Shown here: one piece after another, positions 34,310 to 43,641 of the stretch | How positions within the stretch are numbered: the first letter of the stretch is position 1 | Layout of the letters: every line of letters begins with the position of its first letter | Source of the DNA: Clostridia bacterium | GTDB taxonomy: Bacteria > Bacillota > Clostridia > Oscillospirales > CAG-272 | Length of the DNA stretch: 47,056 nt | Reading direction: 5' to 3' | Assembly (NCBI GenBank): GCA_017452565.1 | Contig: JAFTMF010000171.1 | Location: 1-47,056 of the forward strand | Notes under the pieces: generated by a model | The model's database searches: none | The model's input: the letters and a program-made list of their open reading frames with translations, nothing else | Told to the model about the DNA's origin: nothing | Made by a program: the position numbers and the translations under genes

Positions 34310-34609
34310 ATGAATCTTTTTTTCTCCCCCCGATATCATCGCAAAGAGCAGATTGCCGGACGAGCTCTGATTACCGCCGCTGCCCTGCTCTTTCTTCTGA
34401 CAGCCCTCTTTCGCTCCCTTCCCTCTCGGGATCGGCTGATACAGCTTTGGGAGAATGCCGGACTGTCGGGATACTCCCGTGTCGAATCGACCACACCGGA
34501 GCGTTCTCCCGAGTTGGAAGAGTTTTACGATCGACCGTTGACATCGGGAGAAACCGAAACGTATTCGATACCGGATATCCCGCGCCCTCAGCCATCTGCT
34601 CACACCTAA
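34310..34609 (+). CDS. Hypothetical small membrane-anchored protein
   Basis: 99 aa, with an AGGAGG SD 6 nt upstream of the ATG and one hydrophobic helix (ALITAAALLFLLTALF). No recognisable family. Confidence 0.5.
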   Translation: MNLFFSPRYHRKEQIAGRALITAAALLFLLTALFRSLPSRDRLIQLWENAGLSGYSRVESTTPERSPELEEFYDRPLTSGETETYSIPDIPRPQPSAHT

Positions 34610-34618
34610 GCGACTACC

Positions 34619-35320
34619 TTACAGCTCAGGCGGAGTGAATGCGAAAATCGCTTCAAAGACCTCTTTGTCAAATTCATACTGCCGGTTCGCCTTTTTCTTG
34701 GAGCCGCCTGAGAAAACCGCGGCTTTGCGGATACAAAGCACAGTGTCTTCGGGAAGCACCTGCAGTGCGTCGAAATACTGTCCGAAGGGTGTATCCAGCA
34801 GCTTTACCGAATAGGCATCTCTTGCATAGTCGGGCACCTCACCCAGCACTTCTTCCAATGAAACGAAGGCATCCTGTGCAAGATACATATTGTACATATA
34901 AGGATCCATCAGACAGATCGTCGTCTCGCCGGTGGCAAACAAGGTAGTCACCTGAGAGATACTGTCCTTACGGGTTTTGAGGTCATAATAGACCTTATCG
35001 TCTTCTTTTTTGGCTTCCTCTTGCTTTGCGGCAAGCTGTTCATCGGAAAGAACCGTGATGCGGTTCACCAGCACCGATTTTTCATCGTCATCGTTGAAAT
35101 CACGGGGTAACACCGATGCGAAGGCATCTTCGATTCCCTTTGTCTGATCCTGATTCATCAAGATGGGACCCGTATAGAGGATATTGATATCATAAGTATC
35201 CTTAGTCGCCATCTGATACACGCCGATTCCAAACACCGTTGCAAAGAATAGCACGATAATAGTGACCCACTTATAATGATACCAGTAATTGGAAAACCAT
35301 TTTTTAATTTTTTCCATCAT
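34619..35320 (-). CDS. Hypothetical N-terminally anchored protein
   Basis: 233 aa, with a single TM helix (WVTIIVLFFATVFGIGVY). It lies immediately downstream of murI with a 4-nt gap. No recognisable family. Confidence 0.6.
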   Translation of the reverse strand: MMEKIKKWFSNYWYHYKWVTIIVLFFATVFGIGVYQMATKDTYDINILYTGPILMNQDQTKGIEDAFASVLPRDFNDDDEKSVLVNRITVLSDEQLAAKQEEAKKEDDKVYYDLKTRKDSISQVTTLFATGETTICLMDPYMYNMYLAQDAFVSLEEVLGEVPDYARDAYSVKLLDTPFGQYFDALQVLPEDTVLCIRKAAVFSGGSKKKANRQYEFDKEVFEAIFAFTPPEL

Positions 35321-35324
35321 TCCA

Positions 35325-36104
35325 TTACTCCTCCCAAGAGTTTGCTAGTAATTGTTGCGCCAAATCGAAAAATCCTGCATCTTGACCGTATCTGAGGAAG
35401 GTGACACCACCTTGCTCGCTGTCAGTAAGCCAATCTTTTGCTGCCAACAACCGCTGCGTTTGCAATGCGATACCGTGATTGCCGTCGTACAACGGCAAAT
35501 TGTTGCTGACTTTGCGAATCGTCTCGCCGACAAACGGATAATGAGTACATCCCAGCACCAATGCATCCACGCCTTTAGACAGCGGTTTTAGCAACAGCTT
35601 GGCTAAAAAAGCCTCCAGTACGGGGCCGGACCAGATCCGTTCTTCGATCAGCTCCACCAATCCCGGTGCAGGAATGGGGATGATCTCGGCTCCCTCGCCC
35701 ACAGTTTCCACCAAATTAGCAAATCTACGGGACGCCAGCGTGGTTTCGGTTGCCAGCACACCGATTCGATTATGTCCGTCTTTCAGCGCAGGCTTGATAG
35801 CAGGCTCCGCGCCGATGATGATTTGATCGGGCATCTCCGTACGAAGTGCCACGACCGCAGCTGCAGTTGCAGTATTGCAAGCCAGCACTACTGCCTTGCA
35901 TCCGTTATCGAACAGCCGATTTACACCCGAGCGGGTGAGGGTGAGGACCTCTTCTTCCGTGCGCACGCCGTACGGCGCATTTTGATCGTCACCAAAATAA
36001 AGGAACTGCTCACGAGGCATCAAAGCCTTTAGCTCACGGAGCACGCTGATACCGCCCAGTCCCGAATCAAACACCCCAATGGGGGCGTTTTTTTGTGTTT
36101 TCAT
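35325..36104 (-). CDS. murI: Glutamate racemase
   Basis: IGVFDSGLGGISVLRE, VLACNTATA and LGCTHYP, which include the catalytic Cys motifs. Confidence 0.95.
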   Translation of the reverse strand: MKTQKNAPIGVFDSGLGGISVLRELKALMPREQFLYFGDDQNAPYGVRTEEEVLTLTRSGVNRLFDNGCKAVVLACNTATAAAVVALRTEMPDQIIIGAEPAIKPALKDGHNRIGVLATETTLASRRFANLVETVGEGAEIIPIPAPGLVELIEERIWSGPVLEAFLAKLLLKPLSKGVDALVLGCTHYPFVGETIRKVSNNLPLYDGNHGIALQTQRLLAAKDWLTDSEQGGVTFLRYGQDAGFFDLAQQLLANSWEE

Positions 36105-36168
36105 AGATAACTCCCCTCAGGGCAATTCGCCAAGGCGCCGTAAAGGCACCTTGGCGATAGTTGATTGT

Positions 36169-37659
36169 TTAGTCCACGGGCTTCATTGTGGGGAACAACA
36201 GGACGTCGCGGATGGACGCGCTGTCGGTGAGAAGCATAACCAAACGGTCGATGCCGAAGCCCAGACCGCCGGTAGGAGGCAGACCGTATTCCAGTGCGGT
36301 GACGTAATCGTAGTCTACCTGCGCACGGGTTTCGGGATCCTGCGCCTTGCGCTCTGCTACCTGTTTCTCGAAACGCTCTCTCTGATCCACGGGGTCGTTG
36401 AGCTCGGAGAACGCGTTACCGAATTCGGTGGCGTTGATGAAATATTCGAAACGCTCGGTGAATGCGGGATCGGAGGGCTTGCGCTTCGCCAGAGGGCTGA
36501 TCTCTACGGGATAATCGTAGATAAAGGTGGGCTGGATCAGCTTCTCTTCTACGTATGCGTCGAAGAACTCAGCCAGGATTGCACCCTTGGTGGGAACCTC
36601 GGGCAGCTCTACGTGATGCTCCTTGGCCAGTGCGATTGCCTCTTCGTCGGAAGCAACCTCTGCGAAGTCTACGCCGGAGTATTTCTTAACAGCCTCCACC
36701 ATAGTCATACGCTCCCAGTGGGAGAGATCGATGGTCTGTCCCTGATAGGGGATCTGCAGAGTGCCGCAAACCTTCATAGTTACGGTCTTCATCATATCCT
36801 CAACCAGATTCATCATACCCTCAAAGTCGGTGTATGCCTGGTACAGTTCGATGGTGGTGAACTCGGGGTTATGCTTGGTATCCATACCCTCGTTACGGAA
36901 GATACGGCCTACCTCGTATACGCGATCCATACCGCCTACGATCAGACGCTTCAGATACAGCTCGGTCTCGATGCGGAGCACCATATCCATATCCAGCGTG
37001 TTGTGGTGGGTATAGAAGGGACGGGTAGATGCGCCAATCTCAAAAGGAGTGAGGATAGGAGTATCTACTTCCAAGAATCCCTTGGAGTCCAGATAAGCGC
37101 GGAGCTCGCGGAGGATCATACTACGCTTGACGAAGGTTTCCTTTACCTCGGGATTCACGATCAGGTCAACGTAACGCTGACGGTAGCGCTGGTCTACGTT
37201 GGTCAGACCATGGAACTTCTCGGGGAGAGGAAGAAGAGATTTTGCCAGCAGAGTCAGCTCGGTTACGTGGATGGAAACCTCGCCGGTCTGAGTGGTGAAT
37301 ACAGTGCCGGCTACGCCGATGATGTCGCCGATATCCCATTTCTTGAAGCCGGTGTTGTACAGGTCTGTGCCAACTTCGTCGCGCTTGACGTAGAGCTGAA
37401 TATTGCCCTGCTTGTCTGCCAGATTCGCAAAAGAAGCCTTACCCATAATACGGCGGCTCATCATTCTGCCTGCCAGGCGGACGGTCTTACCCTCGTAGGA
37501 GGGATAATCTGCTTTGATGTCTGCGCTGAATGCGTCTACATCGTACTTGGTAATCGTAAAGGGATCGTTACCGGTCGCCTTCAGCGTTGCCAGCTTTTCC
37601 CGACGGACCGCCAGCTCACTACCGGCGGAAATGACTTCATTCGTCTCATTTGCTGCCAT
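36169..37659 (-). CDS. lysS: Lysine--tRNA ligase (class II)
   Basis: 496 aa, with FLEVDTPIL, RIFRNEG and GGLGFGIDRLVMLLT. Confidence 0.96.
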   Translation of the reverse strand: MAANETNEVISAGSELAVRREKLATLKATGNDPFTITKYDVDAFSADIKADYPSYEGKTVRLAGRMMSRRIMGKASFANLADKQGNIQLYVKRDEVGTDLYNTGFKKWDIGDIIGVAGTVFTTQTGEVSIHVTELTLLAKSLLPLPEKFHGLTNVDQRYRQRYVDLIVNPEVKETFVKRSMILRELRAYLDSKGFLEVDTPILTPFEIGASTRPFYTHHNTLDMDMVLRIETELYLKRLIVGGMDRVYEVGRIFRNEGMDTKHNPEFTTIELYQAYTDFEGMMNLVEDMMKTVTMKVCGTLQIPYQGQTIDLSHWERMTMVEAVKKYSGVDFAEVASDEEAIALAKEHHVELPEVPTKGAILAEFFDAYVEEKLIQPTFIYDYPVEISPLAKRKPSDPAFTERFEYFINATEFGNAFSELNDPVDQRERFEKQVAERKAQDPETRAQVDYDYVTALEYGLPPTGGLGFGIDRLVMLLTDSASIRDVLLFPTMKPVD

Positions 37660-37697
37660 AATTTTATTATCCTTTCACTTCACTGTTTGGCTCAAGC

Positions 37698-38159
37698 TTA
37701 TTCGCTGATTTCCAGAATCGTTACGTTTGCGTGACCCATAGGAGTTTCTACTACTACGGTTTCGCCAACCTTGCGGCCAAGAATGGCGCTGCCGATGGGA
37801 GAGAGGTCGGAAATCTTATTTTTGAGAGGGTCTGCTTCGGTAGAACCAACAATATGGTATTCGATTTCCTCTTCCCACTTTGCATTGTATACGCGAACCT
37901 TGGAACCTACGCCTACTGCATCGGTATTCACTTCGCTTACAACAACGATATCCTTCAGCATTTCTTCCAGCTCGGCGATTCTGGATTCAACCTTCGCCTG
38001 CTCGGTTTTTGCTTCATCGTACTCGGAGTTCTCGGAAAGGTCACCAAAGCCCTTTGCGATACCGATTGCCTCGGTGATCTCTTTTCTTCTGACGTTCTTT
38101 AGATAATTCAGTTCTTCTTCCAGTTTGAGTTTGCCTTCTTTAGTTGCGGTACGTGCCAT
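37698..38159 (-). CDS. greA: Transcription elongation factor GreA
   Basis: 153 aa, with the [13 protein letters not shown] acidic tip and a C-terminal globular domain ([18 protein letters not shown]). Confidence 0.95.
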   Translation of the reverse strand: MARTATKEGKLKLEEELNYLKNVRRKEITEAIGIAKGFGDLSENSEYDEAKTEQAKVESRIAELEEMLKDIVVVSEVNTDAVGVGSKVRVYNAKWEEEIEYHIVGSTEADPLKNKISDLSPIGSAILGRKVGETVVVETPMGHANVTILEISE

Positions 38160-38263
38160 AATTGTATTCTCCTTATGATAGATATTAAATATATTGAAGG
38201 ATCTGTTGGGATCTGTTCCCTTCTACAGATCATCATTGACCGGGTGTTTACCTTCGCCGCAGT

Positions 38264-38488
38264 TTAATAGGTGTCCAGCACAACAATTTTCTGCAGCATT
38301 TCTTCCAGCTCGGCAATGCGGATCAGTATTTTCTCCCGCACTGCTTTGGCATCATTGTATTCGTGCAAATCGCCCATACTGATAGAAGCATCCATTTCTT
38401 CTTGTATGGCTTCCAGCACATCGGTTTTTAGGTGGCGCAGTTCTTCTTCCAGCACCCGCTTTCCACCGGGGGTAGTATAGATGGCCAT
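38264..38488 (-). CDS. GreA/GreB N-terminal coiled-coil domain-only protein
   Basis: The 74-aa protein, with an AAGGAGAG SD, aligns with GreA residues ~1-75. GGKRVLEEELRHLK matches LT..G...L..EL..LK; GDLHEYNDAK matches [13 protein letters not shown]; [14 protein letters not shown] matches [14 protein letters not shown]. It stops where the C-terminal domain would begin. Confidence 0.7.
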   Translation of the reverse strand: MAIYTTPGGKRVLEEELRHLKTDVLEAIQEEMDASISMGDLHEYNDAKAVREKILIRIAELEEMLQKIVVLDTY

Positions 38489-38521
38489 TTGATTCTCTCC
38501 TTACTCCGAAGCCCGAACGGT

Positions 38522-39757
38522 CTATTTACCGGACTCATTCAGTGCCTTCAACGCCGCCTTCAACTGATCGTCAGTTTCTTCGGTGAGCTTGAGCAAAGAT
38601 ACCTTTGCAGCCTCTTCCGACAGAGATGCGGGCACGCTCGGCGTAATGCCGATGCCGTCGTAATTGCCGCCGTAGGGAGGACTATACATACGGGTAGTGA
38701 GCGTCAGTGCGCCGCCGTTGGGGAGGGAGTAAACGTACTGCATACATCCCTTGCCGAAGGATTTTTCACCCACGATGGTAACCTTCTCATAGTCCCGCAG
38801 GCAGGAGGTGAAGAGTTCCGCTGCACTGGCAGTATTGCCGTTGACGAGCACCGCCATAGGACAGTCCACGGTATGATCGGTCTCCTCGGTATCGGAGTAG
38901 GTTTCCTCTTTGCCGGTCGCATCGTTGATGCGAATCAGCAGACTTCCCTTGGGAAGGATATAGGAGAGCACCGACAGGACGCTGTCCAGCTGTCCGCCGG
39001 GATTGTTCCGCAGATCGAAAATCAGCCGATCGGCTCCCTGCTTCTGCAAATCGTTCACCGCAGCAGAAAATTGGGGATAGGTGGTGGCGTTGAATTCAAA
39101 GATGCGGATCAGGCCGGTGTGACCGTCCGAGAGCATCTGATAGGTCACCGACAGGGCGGTAACGTGGGCTCGCTTAGTGGTCAGGACAACCTCTTCTCCG
39201 TCCGCCGCACGGCGCACGGTGAGGGATACCTCGGTGCCCGCTTCGCCCTTGATGGCGTCTGCCGCGGCGTTGTATCCGATTTCGGCTACCTTGACGCCGT
39301 CTACGGCAGTAATCAGGTCACCGGGAATAAGTCCCATAGACTCAGCAGGAGAGTTTGGCATTACCAGCAAAACTTCGATGGACAGGCTGGTAATATCGTA
39401 TGCAACCTGCACGCCGATGCCCACCAGATCGCCCTGCATAGAGGAGGTATACTCCTTGTACTCTTCGGGAGTCATATAGCGGGCGTAGGGATCGCCCAGC
39501 GAGGCGACGTACTCGTGAATGAGCTGATCGGTGGCAGCCGACAGATCAAACTCCGGCACCTCACCGATATAATTGGATTCCACCAACCGTCTGACGTAAG
39601 CAAAGGTGGGATCTTGGTAGAGATCGTCCGAGAGGTAGGGATAATTCCCTGCCTGATGCATCTGCACCTTCATTCCCACAAAGGTAGACATAAAGGTGAT
39701 CAGCACCGCCAAAATCACGGCCAGCGGCGTCCAATACCACGAAATTTTCTTCTTCAT
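38522..39757 (-). CDS. S41-family C-terminal processing peptidase
   Basis: 411 aa: an N-terminal TM helix, a PDZ-like segment (GDLITAVDG) and the catalytic block VLVNGNTASAAELF...GEKSFGKG. Confidence 0.88.
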   Translation of the reverse strand: MKKKISWYWTPLAVILAVLITFMSTFVGMKVQMHQAGNYPYLSDDLYQDPTFAYVRRLVESNYIGEVPEFDLSAATDQLIHEYVASLGDPYARYMTPEEYKEYTSSMQGDLVGIGVQVAYDITSLSIEVLLVMPNSPAESMGLIPGDLITAVDGVKVAEIGYNAAADAIKGEAGTEVSLTVRRAADGEEVVLTTKRAHVTALSVTYQMLSDGHTGLIRIFEFNATTYPQFSAAVNDLQKQGADRLIFDLRNNPGGQLDSVLSVLSYILPKGSLLIRINDATGKEETYSDTEETDHTVDCPMAVLVNGNTASAAELFTSCLRDYEKVTIVGEKSFGKGCMQYVYSLPNGGALTLTTRMYSPPYGGNYDGIGITPSVPASLSEEAAKVSLLKLTEETDDQLKAALKALNESGK

Positions 39758-39823
39758 ATAGATTATTCCTTATTATTCTGAAAATAGGATGCACTGTTAC
39801 GAAATCACTGCAGAGCGGATCGA

Positions 39824-41191
39824 TCAATCTGTAGTGGTGCTCGGCAGGTCGGATTTGGGAACCGTCAGATACTGAAGCGGATCCATCGGCGCACCGTTTT
39901 GCACGATCTCGAAATGACAGCCGATGCCGGCACTGTTGCCGCTGACACCTGCAGTTGCAATGATCTCGCCTTGCAGAACGTATTCACCGATTTCCACCAA
40001 CGCTTTGCCCAAATAAGCGTAACGAGTCTGACTGCCGTCGGCATGGAGAATTACCACGCAGATGCCGTAGCCGTCGAAATACTCGGTGGAGATCACCTTG
40101 CCTGAGGCCGCCGCTACAACAGAACTGCCGTAATCTGCTGCCAGATCCACGCCGCTGTGATAGGAGGTAATCAGCTTGCCGCCTACCTGATAGGTACGGT
40201 AGCCCATATGGGACAGCACCGATGCTTCTTTATCGGGTGAAATCACCAACGGCCATATGTAGGCGGCACCGTCTTCGTAGAACTGTGCGCCCTTCTGCAG
40301 ACTTCCCTGCTCCATCTGTGCACCGATCGCCTCGCCTGCCGTTTGCAGCTTGGCCTCTTGTTCGGCCAAGAGGAAACCGTTTCCTTCGGTGGCAATCCGA
40401 TCCAGCAGAGTCTGCACACGGTCGGCGATCATTCGATCCGCCCGTTGTTTTCCTGCTTGAGTCTGTTGCACGTAATAGCTGAAGCGGTTCACGTCTCCCA
40501 TCAGCGATTGGAGGAAGTTGCCGCTTTCCTGCAGACGCATATTGAGCTGTTGCATCCGCTTGGCACGCTCCAGCGCGGTATTACGACGATCGTAGCGGTA
40601 TTCATCCATTTGTCCTCGCAAATCGGCCAGCAGGATTTGATCCTCCTCCAGCGATTTCATCAGCGAGCGATCGTATTCTTCGATTTGCTTTAGCCGTTCC
40701 AGCCCGATCAGCAGATCCAAAAAGCTCTCTGCTCGACAGAATACTTCCCATTTTCCGGGCATCTCTTCTTCTCGGGTTTGGCGAAGCCGTTCGATCAGCG
40801 ATGCAAAGCGGTTATCGTAGGAAATGCTCAGTGCATCGTATTCGGTCTCCTGCCGATCCAAGAGGGCATCGTAGCACTCCAGCAGTAAATCGAAGCAGGC
40901 AATCTCCGAAGAAAGCAGGAAAATCTGCTGATCCATCAGCGTTTTCTGCTGCAAGGCACCGCCGACTTGTTCCTTTTCGGTAGCGATTTTCTGATCCAGC
41001 AAAAGCTGTTCTTCTCTCAATCGCTCAATTTCGGCGCGGAAATCGGCAATTTGCTGATCCGCTTCGCTCAGCTGAGATTCCTCTTCTGCCTCCGAGTCAG
41101 CCACGTTTGCAGAGCCCGGAAGGGCGCAGAGGGTCAGCGACAGTATGAGAAACAGGCAAGCCCATTTTCGCATATTGCAGAGCTTATACAT
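39824..41191 (-). CDS. Coiled-coil M23/LytM-domain protein (EnvC/PcsB-like)
   Basis: 455 aa: a signal peptide, about 250 aa of heptad-rich coiled coil, then a C-terminal LytM domain. YHSGVDLAA supplies HxxxD, but the HxH motif reads GCHFE. Confidence 0.8.
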   Translation of the reverse strand: MYKLCNMRKWACLFLILSLTLCALPGSANVADSEAEEESQLSEADQQIADFRAEIERLREEQLLLDQKIATEKEQVGGALQQKTLMDQQIFLLSSEIACFDLLLECYDALLDRQETEYDALSISYDNRFASLIERLRQTREEEMPGKWEVFCRAESFLDLLIGLERLKQIEEYDRSLMKSLEEDQILLADLRGQMDEYRYDRRNTALERAKRMQQLNMRLQESGNFLQSLMGDVNRFSYYVQQTQAGKQRADRMIADRVQTLLDRIATEGNGFLLAEQEAKLQTAGEAIGAQMEQGSLQKGAQFYEDGAAYIWPLVISPDKEASVLSHMGYRTYQVGGKLITSYHSGVDLAADYGSSVVAAASGKVISTEYFDGYGICVVILHADGSQTRYAYLGKALVEIGEYVLQGEIIATAGVSGNSAGIGCHFEIVQNGAPMDPLQYLTVPKSDLPSTTTD

Positions 41192-41234
41192 TTTATTTTA
41201 TTCAAACCTTTCCATAGGTATGCGCTGCCGTCAG

Positions 41235-42194
41235 TCACGATTGTGACCGATAGCTCTCCCGCAGGTAGCAAGCGGTAGACAGAGCGCCGCCTACAACTCC
41301 CACCAGCAATCCTACAAACAGGAATGCCGCCAGCACGTAATACCACAAATATTCAAAGGGAATCAGCGTGATCAACGGGAATGTGTTGCCAACGTAAGTA
41401 AGACAAGCCTCGTACAGATACCACTGTACGCCGAATGCAGCCGCCGAGGAGAAAAATCCCAGCACCAGTCCCTGCATCAGGAAGGGCGCTTTGATGAACG
41501 CTCCGGTAGCACCAACGTAACGCATCACGGCCAGCTCCTGACTCCGTCCGAAAATTGCCAGACGGACGGTATTGATCAGGATAAACAGTCCACCCAGCAG
41601 CAGTGCGGTGAAAATTGCAAACCCTACTGTGCGGAGCACTTTCATCACCTTCTGTACGGTATCGGTTGCCGTATCGTGAAGCGCCGAATTGACCACGGGC
41701 GTAAAGGGAATGCTATCCTCTTCTTCGGTAGAACGGGTCAGCGAGAATTTCTGCAACTCCTCGATCACCGATGCGATCTCTCCGGACTCACCTGCCTCCA
41801 GCACGTAAGAATCCCGATACGGATTTTCGCCGGTTTGCAGAGAGTGGAAGAGCTGGGGATAATCCCGGAACCGCTCCATCTCGGCACGCAGTGCCTCTTC
41901 TTTGGAGACGAAGGTATATGCTTTCAGACTTCCGTCTTTCACGTATTCATCCAACGTTTTCTGTACCTGCGCAATTTCTTCCACGGTACAATCGGATTGC
42001 AGGAAGATTGCCGCTCGTCCCTTTGTAGACAGATCTGACAGATTGACGTCTACGGTATATTGGAGCAATCCCACGGTTCCCAGCATCACAAGGCTTCCCA
42101 TCAATGCAAGGATAGTGGCAATGCTCATGACCAGCGTATTGCCGATCTGAGAAAAACTTTTTGAAAAAGCAAAGGATAAGCTGAATTTCTTCAT
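41235..42194 (-). CDS. ftsX: Cell division permease FtsX
   Basis: The start was chosen at MKKFSLSFAFSKSF (ATG at 42194), just after the ftsE stop. The protein has 4 TM helices and a large extracellular loop. The upstream 88 codons of the track ORF overlap ftsE and are Arg-rich junk. Confidence 0.88.
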   Translation of the reverse strand: MKKFSLSFAFSKSFSQIGNTLVMSIATILALMGSLVMLGTVGLLQYTVDVNLSDLSTKGRAAIFLQSDCTVEEIAQVQKTLDEYVKDGSLKAYTFVSKEEALRAEMERFRDYPQLFHSLQTGENPYRDSYVLEAGESGEIASVIEELQKFSLTRSTEEEDSIPFTPVVNSALHDTATDTVQKVMKVLRTVGFAIFTALLLGGLFILINTVRLAIFGRSQELAVMRYVGATGAFIKAPFLMQGLVLGFFSSAAAFGVQWYLYEACLTYVGNTFPLITLIPFEYLWYYVLAAFLFVGLLVGVVGGALSTACYLRESYRSQS

Positions 42195-42201
42195 AACAGT
42201 A

Positions 42202-43506
42202 TCAGTCCTCCTCCTTTGCGGGCGCACCCTTGGCGGTGATGACCGGAATGACCATAGTAGGACTATCGTCAGTCTCATCGGCAGGTACTTCCCTGTTCTC
42301 CGTCTGAACGGGCAGAACAACGGTAGGCTCTTCGCATTCCTCAGAGTCAGCCGAAGGCTCAACAGGCTCGACAGACTCCGCAGATTCGGCAGGCGCCGTC
42401 TCCTGCGGCACTTCTTCTGCCGCCGGAATGGGCAGCCCCAGCATTTGCATCGCCGCAATTACCAAATCGTTGGCGGTGTGGGAATCCATTTCACCGGACG
42501 CCACCAAAGCCGACAGATCGTATTCGATGGTATCGCCGGTTGCATACACCGGTTCTTCCTCTACCAAAACGGGAACGGATACTTCCGCAGGTTCGGCAGA
42601 CGGGTCGGGAGTGGCTTCTTCAGATTCTGCAGAAGAGGCAGGATCAGCGGAATCGGTCGATTCCACGGGCAAGTCAACGGTCGGCAAAATGATGGGAACG
42701 ATGGGAATGGGCGCACCGGGGATCACCTCGGTGGCATCTACCATAGGAATCCGCACCGACTCGGTTGGCAATGCGTCTTCATCCACGGCAGGGGCCGTCT
42801 CCCCCTCCGAGCTATGCTCGATCAGATCGCCGGGAATATATGCGGCACGATCCTCCACAATCTGCCCGCGGTGCAAGCGCACGATGCGGTGGCCGAAGGA
42901 TTCAGCCAGCTCCCGATCGTGAGTCAGTACCACAACCGTTTTTTCATAACGGCTTTGGATTCTGCCAAACAGCTCCAGCAGATCTCTGCTTTCCACCGGG
43001 TCGATATTGCCGCAGGGCTCGTCCGCGATGATCACGTTGGGACCGCCTGCAATGGCACGTGCCAGCGCAACCCTCTGCTGCTCGCAGCCGGTAAGATCGC
43101 CGGGATAGCATTTCACCTTATCGGACAATTCTACCATTTGAAGCGATGCCATCACCTTAGTACGGATAGAGCCGGAGGGCTCTCCGGTGACTCGCAGAGC
43201 GAACGCTACGTTTTCATACACCGTTTTATCGGTAAACAAACGGAAATCCCGGAAAACAATGCCGATTTTTCGACGGTATTCTGGAATTTGTCTCCGTTTG
43301 ATGGTATCCAACCGCTGATCGGCTACCGAAATAGTGCCTTCGGTGGGTTTATCCTCGGCAATCAGCAGCTGCAGAAGAGTGGTTTTACCCGCTCCCGAGC
43401 CGCCCACGATGAACACGAACTCGCCTTTATTGATCTGCAGATTGACATCCATCAGAGAATAGTTGCCTTCTGCATAAGTTTTGGTTACATTCTTCAGTTC
43501 AATCAT
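42202..43506 (-). CDS. ftsE: Cell division ATP-binding protein FtsE with a ~200-aa acidic C-terminal extension
   Basis: The ABC core occupies residues 1-~228, with Walker A GGSGAGKTT, signature LTGCEQQRVALARA and Walker B VIIADEP. Residues ~229-434 are Pro/Glu/Asp/Ser/Ala/Val-rich. Confidence 0.9.
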   Translation of the reverse strand: MIELKNVTKTYAEGNYSLMDVNLQINKGEFVFIVGGSGAGKTTLLQLLIAEDKPTEGTISVADQRLDTIKRRQIPEYRRKIGIVFRDFRLFTDKTVYENVAFALRVTGEPSGSIRTKVMASLQMVELSDKVKCYPGDLTGCEQQRVALARAIAGGPNVIIADEPCGNIDPVESRDLLELFGRIQSRYEKTVVVLTHDRELAESFGHRIVRLHRGQIVEDRAAYIPGDLIEHSSEGETAPAVDEDALPTESVRIPMVDATEVIPGAPIPIVPIILPTVDLPVESTDSADPASSAESEEATPDPSAEPAEVSVPVLVEEEPVYATGDTIEYDLSALVASGEMDSHTANDLVIAAMQMLGLPIPAAEEVPQETAPAESAESVEPVEPSADSEECEEPTVVLPVQTENREVPADETDDSPTMVIPVITAKGAPAKEED

Positions 43507-43641
43507 ATATTATTTTTAGATTCACTATACAGACAAAACAGAGCCCACCGAAGCGGGAGACCGAGCGTCAGAAAAAACGGTCTGCACTGTCATTTCTGTC
43601 GCGTCGGTCTCTGCTACGGGCAAGCCCATGTTTGTCGAGAC

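Noticed and set aside
34295-34603. The minus-strand 102-aa ORF that fully overlaps the plus-strand ORF 34310-34609.
   Set aside because: The plus-strand ORF has a canonical AGGAGG SD and a TM helix. The minus-strand ORF is Arg/Gly-rich with no SD. Only one of the two can reasonably be coding.
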